Shown here: positions 50,134 to 57,781 of the stretch, piece by piece
Position numbering within the stretch: position 1 is the stretch's first letter
Layout of the letters: each line of letters begins with the position of its first letter
Virus record (IMG/VR): IMGVR_UViG_3300013094_000027
Span: 28,019-92,018 of that record
DNA length: 64,000 nt
Source: a virus
Reading direction: 5' to 3' (one strand)
Program-made: the position numbers and the translations under genes
The notes under the pieces: generated by a model
What the model saw: only the letters and a program-made list of their open reading frames with translations
The model's database searches: none
What the model was told of the DNA's origin: nothing

Positions 50134-50570
50134 TTGTTAATCAATTGTAATAAAGAGGGTGAAAATGGTGTATTTAACCACTCTTACCTTATTTTTCTCT
50201 TTTTTTTTCGCTCAATCTCCAAAATTTTTTTGGGCGAATATAACTAATTAGACATTTGTCTAATTATCTAACTATCTAAATCATATTGTTTCTTTTATAT
50301 CTTATATGATATAGATTGATGCTAAAAAGATATAGTTGCCGGAATTTTAAAAAAAACTAATGAATCCGCTTTATATTAGGTTTGTACAAATCTATTGTAA
50401 ATTTGTTTGCATAATACATCATAAGGTTATAATTGTTTTACTATTTAGTTTGTTTGCATAATACACTGTTCTTGTAGTGCTATTAGGTCTATAGTTCATT
50501 ATACTATAGGTTTAGGTCCTTTGCGATGCTCAAAAACAAATCCCACATATAGGTACAGTTAGTACTGTGG

Positions 50571-50954
50571 GTGAATACAGTGACAACGACAACATTTTGT
50601 TTGTTTGATGGCAGGCATGAACTACCATCTAATTCAGGAGCTATATTTAGCTCCTTTGACTTCTCTTCTAATAGAGGAGTAAGGACTATTAACTTTGAGA
50701 AGTTGATAGGATTACTGGATAATAATAGTCCAGTAAATTTGATAGTGACAGGTCTCACTCCTGCACTTGTAGAAGTCCTAACAGAAGTAACTCAGCGAGT
50801 TACTCTAGGAACATATGAGGGGGGAATGCCTTTGGCGGAATTCAATTTACTTCATTTTAATCCTAATACCAAGGATTATTGGAAGCAAAGAATTCCATTG
50901 AGAATTTCTGATGGAGATTACTATGCTGGGTTTTATCCAGAATGGAATGATTGA
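50571..50954 (+). CDS. Small phage protein with possible CARF/SAVED-like Rossmannoid fold
   Basis: GRHELP, LIVTGLTPALV, LLHFNPNTKDY pattern; start uncertain. Confidence 0.55.
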   Translation: MNTVTTTTFCLFDGRHELPSNSGAIFSSFDFSSNRGVRTINFEKLIGLLDNNSPVNLIVTGLTPALVEVLTEVTQRVTLGTYEGGMPLAEFNLLHFNPNTKDYWKQRIPLRISDGDYYAGFYPEWND

Positions 50955-50959
50955 GTATT

Positions 50960-50991
50960 AGAGAGTGTTATTCATTTAGCACTCTCTTTTT
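50960..50991 (+). terminator. Intrinsic terminator-like hairpin
   Basis: agagagtgtta-ttcatt-tagcactctct followed by T run. Confidence 0.65.
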
Positions 50992-51014
50992 AATTAATTG
51001 CGTGAATTCAAAAT

Positions 51015-51600
51015 TTACCCTAGCTTTTATGGGTAGTTTGTAAAAGTGGTGTGTCAAGATCCATGCTAAGAGGTGACTAGTCCTCTTACTTTTTATCTTT
51101 GCTCTCATATTGCCAAGTAATAGTAGTTTGCTATTACTTCTTATCTCTTAAGGAGTAAGGTATTATACTTATTCCTTATATCTCACATGTTTTGTCTTCG
51201 ATATTATGTTACTACAACGAAAGAGAAGAAGTTCCATACCACAGGGTAGATTAATATATCCTAGTGAAGCTCTAATAATAGGCTTTTGAGTAAATCTAGC
51301 AATTAGTAAGACTAGATTGAAAGTTGTGCTGTATATTGTAAGGAGTGAAAAAAAGATGAGGGGCGGCAATCCCAAAACTCTGAATTATATGATGTTCTCC
51401 TTAAGAAGAACTATTCACATATAACTTGTATGGTAAGACTTATTATAACTTATACAATGTATGTATTTGGAAAGATAGTCTGGAGTTAAATCGTTCTCCA
51501 CAACTACAACGATTCTTAGGTTTTGATAGTTAAACTGGTGTTACCTGGAAACTATTATAATGGGATGATGTTTGAGAGCAATCATCCCATTATTTTTATT
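51015..51600 (+). ncRNA. Candidate large structured ncRNA
   Basis: No plausible ORF; many hairpins, two H-type pseudoknots and long-range complementarities; strand inferred from context. Confidence 0.45.
51556..51597 (+). terminator. Intrinsic terminator-like hairpin
   Basis: ataatgggatgat ... atcatcccattat followed by T run. Confidence 0.65.
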
Positions 51601-51720
51601 AACTCTTTTATGTTCCTTCAATAGAGTATAAAGAATTGTAAATAAAAGCTCTTATATAGAGTGTATGTGAGGCATGGTAGCGCAACTTATATTGTTTAAC
51701 TTTTTTAAAATCAATTTTTT

Positions 51721-52074
51721 ATGCGTAATTTATTAATGTTATTGGCTTCTATTAATGTAGCTCATAATTCCTCTATTACTATAGGTTTATTAGGTAATGG
51801 AGAAGTTCAAGTTGAAGAATTGGGCAATATGCCTACAAATTATCAATTTGAAGAGGAAGATATTTCAAACCTTAAAGCCTGTTTACAAAGAATTGTAGAC
51901 TACATGGAGAAAGATGAGAGATTATCCTATGTTGAATGGATGGGCAATTCTGGTGTGTTTATTGAAGGATTGGGCAGTGATATTTCTCCTGTTAAATCTG
52001 AAGCATTAAATACAGGACATATTTATTATGCTGTCATTCGTTTGAAAGAATTATTAGCTGAATTACCTGCGTAA
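51721..52074 (+). CDS. Hypothetical protein
   Basis: 117 aa, ATG start with AT-rich leader. Confidence 0.7.
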   Translation: MRNLLMLLASINVAHNSSITIGLLGNGEVQVEELGNMPTNYQFEEEDISNLKACLQRIVDYMEKDERLSYVEWMGNSGVFIEGLGSDISPVKSEALNTGHIYYAVIRLKELLAELPA

Positions 52075-52204
52075 GTAATACATTTAGTTAACCATACTAT
52101 ATTATATGCTTATACTTTACTATATTTAATATCTATAGTAATAGCTGGAGGTATAAAAAACTATATTCGCTCAATATAAAGGCTATTACTATAGATATAT
52201 TAAA

Positions 52205-52258
52205 GAGTTTCTGATGAATCTTTGAAAATTAAGACGAAATATAATATATATCAAACTC
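52205..52258 (+). ncRNA. Hammerhead ribozyme, type I (HHR-1)
   Basis: Stem I gagttt/aaactc; CTGATGA; stem II tctt/aaga (A-C at its base); GAAA; stem III tata/tata; cleavage triplet ATC, cut after 52252. Confidence 0.8.
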
Positions 52259-52271
52259 AAAAAAAAGTTTT

Positions 52272-52565
52272 ATGAAATACATTTATGTTGCTTGGACAGA
52301 TAATGTTCAAATGTTTATGGAATATCCTTGGTTTGAAGAAGAGGCAATTCTTAATATAGATTCTGATTCGGATTACCTTATTCCTGAAGATCGTTATAAT
52401 GAAGTAATGGACGACCTAAAACAACAAGAAGGACTTCAATTACTTATTAAAGCTGCTAATTTGATAGCAACTATTAAATCTGAAGAAGGTAAAGAAAACT
52501 TTGACGACAACTTGGAAAATGAAATTGCTACTTATATAGCAAAACATAAAGTTTTAGATTTTTAG
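52272..52565 (+). CDS. Hypothetical acidic protein
   Basis: 97 aa, starts 19 nt after the HHR-1 cut site. Confidence 0.75.
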   Translation: MKYIYVAWTDNVQMFMEYPWFEEEAILNIDSDSDYLIPEDRYNEVMDDLKQQEGLQLLIKAANLIATIKSEEGKENFDDNLENEIATYIAKHKVLDF

Positions 52566-52880
52566 TTTCTTTATATAGCTTGAATGTTACTTAGAACATT
52601 ACTATTTTTCATCTTGGGTTCTGTGAAGATAATATCAATGCAAATCTTTAAATAATTTTAACCCAAAAAGAATCTTCTGTAGCAGAAAAATAACAATTGA
52701 TTAAAGAGTCAAAAAACAGAATGATAAACTATGCTTGGACTCATAGTAAACATTTTTGTACCTATTCCAAGATAGGTTTGAGTAGATTATCCATTGAGAG
52801 ATAATTCTCGGAGTATATTTTTTGTAATAATCTTACTTCCCAGGTGAGGGAAACATAAATATACTCTTAAATAAATTATT

Positions 52881-53030
52881 TAATGAATAAAACTGTCTGT
52901 AGTAATAACAATAGATGCAACCGAACAATGATCTTCTTTGGGATACGGAATTAGAATAACCTGAGTTAACGAGTGAAGCGACCACATTAAAAGCCGAAAG
53001 TTATTTTTACTACAGCAGTTTTATTTATTA
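52881..53030 (+). ncRNA. Candidate structured RNA closed by a long stem
   Basis: taatgaataaaactg-t-ctgtagtaa-taac pairs with gtta-ttt-ttactacag-cagttttatttatta around about 90 nt. Confidence 0.5.
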
Positions 53031-53033
53031 TTA

Positions 53034-53099
53034 AAGTCATTCCAGGAGACTTAAAAATCGAGTTCTGAAGAGACTGGAACGAAATATCATTATCAACTC
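53034..53099 (+). ncRNA. Hammerhead ribozyme, type I with pseudoknot (HHR-2)
   Basis: Stem I gagtt/aactc; CTGAAGA; G-actggaa-C; GAAA; ta/ta; ATC cut after 53094; loop II CTGGAA complements TTCCAG in the loop of upstream hairpin aagtc/gactt. Confidence 0.85.
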
Positions 53100-53111
53100 A
53101 AACAAATAATT

Positions 53112-53324
53112 ATGCGTACTTATTACATTACTGAACAGTTTGTCTATGCTTCTTTAGAAGATAGTACAGCTATAATGTTACCTGGTAACATGCTTCGTTT
53201 TAATGCTGATGTGTTTGCAAATGCACATTATAGAAATCCTGGTGTTGACAACTTATTAGGTATGAAGGTTAAAGACAATGTTATAACTGTTATACATTGT
53301 GAAACACCTTCTATTGCCTTTTAA
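53112..53324 (+). CDS. Hypothetical protein
   Basis: 70 aa, starts 17 nt after the HHR-2 cut site. Confidence 0.75.
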   Translation: MRTYYITEQFVYASLEDSTAIMLPGNMLRFNADVFANAHYRNPGVDNLLGMKVKDNVITVIHCETPSIAF

Positions 53325-53432
53325 TGTTCTTTTGAGTTACTCTGAACAGATAGAAATATCTTAGTAGGAGTAATTTATATTCTTGGTATTAACCTTTTGG
53401 TGCTTTAAGTTAACCATTATTAATTTATTCTT

Positions 53433-53633
53433 ATGAAAAAAAAAGCTTTAATATTACTAATAGATCTTTACAGACAAGATGCTTACATACAGGAGAGAGA
53501 AAATTATGATTCAAATATTGTTAAGTATCTTTTAAGTAAAAAACTAATAATTGATAAAAAAATTACCAATTGTGGTGTCTTATTCGGTTTAACTGAAAAA
53601 GGCACAAAATTATACGAAAGTATAGATATTTAA
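53433..53633 (+). CDS. Small winged-helix-like protein
   Basis: YLLSKKLI...FGLTEKG wing motif. Confidence 0.55.
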   Translation: MKKKALILLIDLYRQDAYIQERENYDSNIVKYLLSKKLIIDKKITNCGVLFGLTEKGTKLYESIDI

Positions 53634-53806
53634 GTTACTAATGTTTAGCAGAGTTCAAATAACTTTAATCTATAAGGATAATAGAATTATAGTATTATGA
53701 TATAAAGTAACTACCATAGAAAAAGTGTGTGGTGTAACAAAATTGCACTATGGTCATACACGCTATGGTAGTTATTTTATTTTTAAAACAATTTAAAAAC
53801 ACAAAT

Positions 53807-53998
53807 ATGAAACATGTTTACATTGTAAGAGTAGAAATGCTCACAGCAAATGGTTTGCAACCTTTTATGCAAACAAAAGTTTTTGAAACTATTTCGGATG
53901 CACAACAATACCAAGAATCAGTAAATGCAGATGAATATTATAAAAAGCTAAATGCATTTGCTTTTTTGGAAATTGGGGCTTTTATTGAAGAAAATTAA
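53807..53998 (+). CDS. Hypothetical protein (likely start MKHVYI)
   Basis: A-rich leader; KVFETISDAQQY motif. Confidence 0.65.
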   Translation: MKHVYIVRVEMLTANGLQPFMQTKVFETISDAQQYQESVNADEYYKKLNAFAFLEIGAFIEEN

Positions 53999-54035
53999 AA
54001 CTATAGGAGTTATATTAATTAAAACATTAAATGAA

Positions 54036-54461
54036 ATGGGATACATAGAAAGTCTTAAAGCAGCAGGTGCTAAAATTATTAGCTCTAAATTTACAGGTTC
54101 TTACCAAGGATCTTGGGGTGCTATTGTTGAATACAATGGTGAAAAAATATTAATTACAAGCAGTTATGGTAGCTGCAGTTTTTGTGATACTTTTGAAAGT
54201 GAATTTGATTATATATCACAACCTTATATTCAAGAAGGTAAGTATATGTCGAGTAATAGTTATGAAGAAATTACAAAAGAAGAATACGAAAAAGAAGAAG
54301 CCTATTATAATGAAAAATTGGCTAATTTTGGTAGAAATTATTTAAGAAATCCTGCTACTAAAACCGATATTGAAAATTATTTAAAAGCTCTAAATAAAGA
54401 TGATTGGTTTGATTCTGAAGAAGCAGAGCTTTATGAATGGGCTATGAGTTATTTTGAATAA
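54036..54461 (+). CDS. Conserved phage protein (likely start MGYIES)
   Basis: GSYQGSW...YGSCSFCD motif. Confidence 0.7.
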   Translation: MGYIESLKAAGAKIISSKFTGSYQGSWGAIVEYNGEKILITSSYGSCSFCDTFESEFDYISQPYIQEGKYMSSNSYEEITKEEYEKEEAYYNEKLANFGRNYLRNPATKTDIENYLKALNKDDWFDSEEAELYEWAMSYFE

Positions 54462-54477
54462 ATCAAATCGTTGTAAT

Positions 54478-54636
54478 ATGAAAAAGATAGGTATTTCATT
54501 AAACATTGCATTTCTTTTGTGCATTGTTATAATGGCAAAAAGAAATGATTGGACAGTTATTATTTGTTCAGGAATAAGTGCAGCAATAGTAAAATTATGT
54601 GATTTTGCTTTGTATTATAAATTGTATAACGATTAA
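54478..54636 (+). CDS. Small membrane protein
   Basis: Two hydrophobic segments. Confidence 0.5.
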   Translation: MKKIGISLNIAFLLCIVIMAKRNDWTVIICSGISAAIVKLCDFALYYKLYND

Positions 54637-54649
54637 AAACAAAAAACAT

Positions 54650-54916
54650 ATGACAAAGTGTATTGTATTAGGAGCAACTCCTAAAGATGTAAAAAAGAAA
54701 CCTATTGAATTACTGAAGATAGTAGATTCAATTTCTGAAAACGGTGAAATTCAAATAAATCAATTCCGTAATGATGTTTCTATATGGGATAATGTAGAAT
54801 TGGTTTGCCGTAAAAAAGGTAATTATAGTCTTGACATAATATTTGCCTACGATGATCATAATCGTGATATGGGACGTCTTTATTTAGGGCATTGGAATGA
54901 TGGTGTAGTGGAATAA
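54650..54916 (+). CDS. Hypothetical protein (likely start MTKCIV)
   Basis: A-rich leader, 88 aa. Confidence 0.65.
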   Translation: MTKCIVLGATPKDVKKKPIELLKIVDSISENGEIQINQFRNDVSIWDNVELVCRKKGNYSLDIIFAYDDHNRDMGRLYLGHWNDGVVE

Positions 54917-55096
54917 ATGTCTTTTGGTTGTGAGTGACTGTTAAACTATTAAATGCGTTTGTTACATATGCAAAGTTTAAAGACTTAGCATATGCTTTAG
55001 CTTGGTTTATATGTGGAACTCTCATTTTTGATAATAACACTCTATAAGAGTGATGTGAATATAATTTATCTTTTAACACATAAAAAAACACAAATC

Positions 55097-56404
55097 ATGT
55101 TTAAAAACAATATTGTAGTGCCGGGTGGCATTAAAAAACCTAAATTTACTCCCAAAAACATAATTTCTCTTAAAGATAATGAAGTTTTTGTTTTTGGATC
55201 AAATCTTGCAGGAATGCATGGTGCAGGTGCTGCAAAAACAGCATTACAATGGGGTGCACAAATGAAAAAAGGTATTGGTCATTTTGGTCAAACATATGCA
55301 CTCCCTACTAAAGATAAAAATATTAAAACATTATCTTTAAATGAAATTAAAGTTTATGTTGATCAATTTATACAGTATGTAAAAGAAAATCAATACAAAC
55401 ATTTTCTTTTAACAGAAATTGGTTGTGGTTTAGCTGGTCTTACTTATGAACAAGTCGCACCTTTGTTTGTAAACATTCTTACATGTTCTAATATTTCTAT
55501 TCCAGAACCTTTTTGGGATATTATTAAACCTGTAATAAAAGGATATAAAGTTACAGCCCCTGATGGAAGTTGTCGTAACTATTTGTTTGAAGTAGGAAAA
55601 GAATATCAATATGACGGTCAAATAAAAATATGCAATAGTGGGTTTCATTTTTGTATAAAACCTTCTCATTGTTTTTTTTATTATAATTTTGATTCAAATA
55701 ATAAAGTATTTGAAGTTGAAAGTATAGGTGAGTATCAAACACATGATAAAGATAGCAAAATTTGTACAGGAAATCTTCGTATTGTTAGACAGATAGAGTG
55801 GTATGAAGTGTTGTCTATTTCAAATGAAGGAAATAATAATACTGGATATTCTAACACAGGTGATAATAACATAGGTAACTGGAACACAGGTTACAGTAAC
55901 ACAGGTAACTGCAACACAGGTAACAGGAACACAGGTGACAGTAACACAGGTAACAGGAACACAGGTAACAGTAACACAGGTAACAGTAACACAGGTGACA
56001 GTAACACAGGTGACAGTAACACAGGTTACAGTAACAACGGAAATAGACAATCTGGAGCTTTTTGTACTGGTGAACCTGCTTTTACATTATTTAATAAACC
56101 TGCTAAAACTACTTGTAATGATTTTTTAAATAGCAAAGTTTGGAATATTATTTGTAATCATGTTGATACTAAATTATGGGTTTCTGAAAGTTTAATGACT
56201 GATGAAGAAAAAAAGATTCATTATGGTTATAAAACTTGTGGAGGGTTTTATAGAGATATACCTTATAAACAAGCTTTTACAAATATGTGGCACAATCTTT
56301 CTAAACAAGACAAAAAAGAATTTACTTCTTTAGAAAATTTTGATGCAAAAATATTTGAAGAAATAACAGGTGTAGATGTTACAAAAGAAAAAGATCTTTT
56401 GTAA
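55097..56404 (+). CDS. Fusion: macrodomain-like + DUF7666-like + NTG pentapeptide repeat
   Basis: VFVFGSNLAGMHGAGAA/TYALPT/IGCGLAG; GYK...CRNYLFEVG...GFHFC; (NTGxx)n; FDAKIFEEITG tail. Confidence 0.8.
   Translation: MFKNNIVVPGGIKKPKFTPKNIISLKDNEVFVFGSNLAGMHGAGAAKTALQWGAQMKKGIGHFGQTYALPTKDKNIKTLSLNEIKVYVDQFIQYVKENQYKHFLLTEIGCGLAGLTYEQVAPLFVNILTCSNISIPEPFWDIIKPVIKGYKVTAPDGSCRNYLFEVGKEYQYDGQIKICNSGFHFCIKPSHCFFYYNFDSNNKVFEVESIGEYQTHDKDSKICTGNLRIVRQIEWYEVLSISNEGNNNTGYSNTGDNNIGNWNTGYSNTGNCNTGNRNTGDSNTGNRNTGNSNTGNSNTGDSNTGDSNTGYSNNGNRQSGAFCTGEPAFTLFNKPAKTTCNDFLNSKVWNIICNHVDTKLWVSESLMTDEEKKIHYGYKTCGGFYRDIPYKQAFTNMWHNLSKQDKKEFTSLENFDAKIFEEITGVDVTKEKDLL
55838..56040 (+). repeat. 15-bp coding tandem repeat (aacacaggt-Nac-agN)
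   Basis: About 13 units encoding NTG[DNY][SRCW]. Confidence 0.9.
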
Positions 56405-56437
56405 AAAATATTGAGTGTTTTATACATTCAATTGGTA

Positions 56438-56510
56438 AACCAAGTAGCTTTAATTGGTAGAGCCTCGGATTGTATCGGAGAGGTTAGAAGTTCGAGTCTT
56501 CTCTTGGTTT
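56438..56510 (+). tRNA. Degenerate tRNA-Thr(UGU)-like gene
   Basis: Acceptor AACCAAG/CTTGGTT, D arm GCTT/GAGC, anticodon arm CTCGG-ATTGTAT-CGGAG (G-G mismatch, no nt 26), T arm AGAAG-TTCGAGT-CTTCT; no encoded CCA. Confidence 0.75.
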
Positions 56511-56564
56511 CTCTTTAAAATGGTTAATTAATTTGTTTTTGTAAACTTTAAAATTTAAAAATTT

Positions 56565-56708
56565 ATGGAATCAAACGCTTATGAAAGAGGTTATGAAGCT
56601 TATAAAGCTGGAGCCTCTATTGATGACAATCCTTACCGTTACTCCACTGAAGAATATCAAGAGTGGATGTGGGGATATTGTGATGCCTTAACTGAATCAG
56701 ATAATTAA
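56565..56708 (+). CDS. 47-aa RMF-like (ribosome modulation factor-like) protein (not in ORF track)
   Basis: MESNAYERGYEAYKAGASIDDNPYRYSTEEYQEWMWGYCDALTESDN matches the A[YF]xxG...PY...WxxG[WY] pattern. Confidence 0.7.
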   Translation: MESNAYERGYEAYKAGASIDDNPYRYSTEEYQEWMWGYCDALTESDN

Positions 56709-56736
56709 AATTTTACATGTTTGTGTTTTTTGAGTT

Positions 56737-56766
56737 AACCCTGCGATAGCATCAAAGGGTTTTTTA
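56737..56766 (+). terminator. Intrinsic terminator
   Basis: aaccct ... agggtt followed by T run. Confidence 0.65.
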
Positions 56767-56890
56767 TTTTAAACACATATGTGGTTGTTCTGTTTTTGAT
56801 AAAAATGATCAACCTCTAACTGATAATAATGAAAGTTGGAAAACTCCAAAAAAAGATGGTTTAAACTGTTTAAAATTTAAGTGCATAATA

Positions 56891-56972
56891 AATGTAATAG
56901 GAAAGGTCACCCGCAAAGAGATAGCAGACGGCAGGGGAGGTATTACTGCTTATACCACTTTCTCATTACATT
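56891..56972 (+). ncRNA. Candidate compact pseudoknotted RNA
   Basis: Closing stem aatgtaat-a-ggaaag / ctttct-c-attacatt; GC-rich core with gtc/gac, ggtat/atacc and gcag/ctgc. Confidence 0.4.
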
Positions 56973-57039
56973 CTATTAGATCTCTAAAAAGAGGTTTAGA
57001 TTCTTTAGCAAAGCTCAAACTTAAAAAAAACCAATAATT

Positions 57040-57234
57040 ATGGTACACAAAACAGTTTTTATGCAAGACAGGCCTGTTATTACTTCAATAACAGAAGATC
57101 AAACAAGAGACAAGAGAAATGAAGCTGTCAGACTTTCTTATCTCAAAAAATCTTTGAGTCCTCAAAGAAACATAGTATTAAATGGACAAAATTGCAAAAA
57201 TCCATTTGAAATGCTAGGGGTAATTATGAAGTAA
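57040..57234 (+). CDS. Hypothetical protein
   Basis: 64 aa, A-rich leader. Confidence 0.65.
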   Translation: MVHKTVFMQDRPVITSITEDQTRDKRNEAVRLSYLKKSLSPQRNIVLNGQNCKNPFEMLGVIMK

Positions 57235-57297
57235 TGCATTTAATGCCTGAAATACATATGTAAAGTAGGGCATTTTAACAATTTTAAAAACTAAAAC

Positions 57298-57432
57298 ATG
57301 AAAAAAGTAGTTCCAATTTACACGTTTGATGAAGACAACAATTTTGTACAAATAGGAGAAAAAGAAATTACTCCTGAAGAAAATGTAAAATTAATAACAA
57401 CACTTCCTTCATGGGATTTTATTGAAGATTAA
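57298..57432 (+). CDS. 44-aa acidic protein (not in ORF track)
   Basis: MKKVVPIYTFDEDNNFVQIGEKEITPEENVKLITTLPSWDFIED after an A-rich leader. Confidence 0.6.
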   Translation: MKKVVPIYTFDEDNNFVQIGEKEITPEENVKLITTLPSWDFIED

Positions 57433-57493
57433 AATTATTTGATTTACATATACCTATAAACCTTATCTTTTTTGTTAATTAAAAAAAATAATT

Positions 57494-57781
57494 ATGAAAC
57501 ATGCAATAGTAGCCGGATTAAGTTATAAGGCAATGAATAACCTCCGATGGAAATTGATAGATGATGGGTACACTACAACTCTTGCGCCCTGTAAAGATTT
57601 CTTTGAACTCAATGAGCTTACAGTACATCAATGTCAACTATTAGACATACAAAGACTATGTGCTATCATGGATGAAGGAGTAATGGAATTACATCTCATA
57701 TCAGATTGGCAACAATCAAAAGAAGCCACTCTTTTAAGAGATATTGCTATTAGAGTTGGAATATTAGTTGTTTATTATTAA
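57494..57781 (+). CDS. Divergent DUF4406-like (nucleoside deoxyribosyltransferase fold) protein
   Basis: LHLISDWQQSKEATLLRDIAIRVGILVVY resembles the family's LxxWxxSxGAxxExxxA motif. Confidence 0.5.
   Translation: MKHAIVAGLSYKAMNNLRWKLIDDGYTTTLAPCKDFFELNELTVHQCQLLDIQRLCAIMDEGVMELHLISDWQQSKEATLLRDIAIRVGILVVYY

Noticed and set aside
51169-51375. Minus-strand 68-aa ORF
   Set aside because: Against local gene orientation, TTG start, and lies within the structured non-coding region
54920-55070. Possible twister/pistol-type ribozyme in spacers 54920-55070 and 51600-51700
   Set aside because: Hairpins are present but the conserved catalytic cores could not be identified
55838-56040. CRISPR-like array
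   Set aside because: 15-bp in-frame coding repeat without spacers; no cas genes
56511-56564. Theta/HDV-like ribozyme after the tRNA
   Set aside because: Downstream sequence is AT-rich with no nested double-pseudoknot pattern
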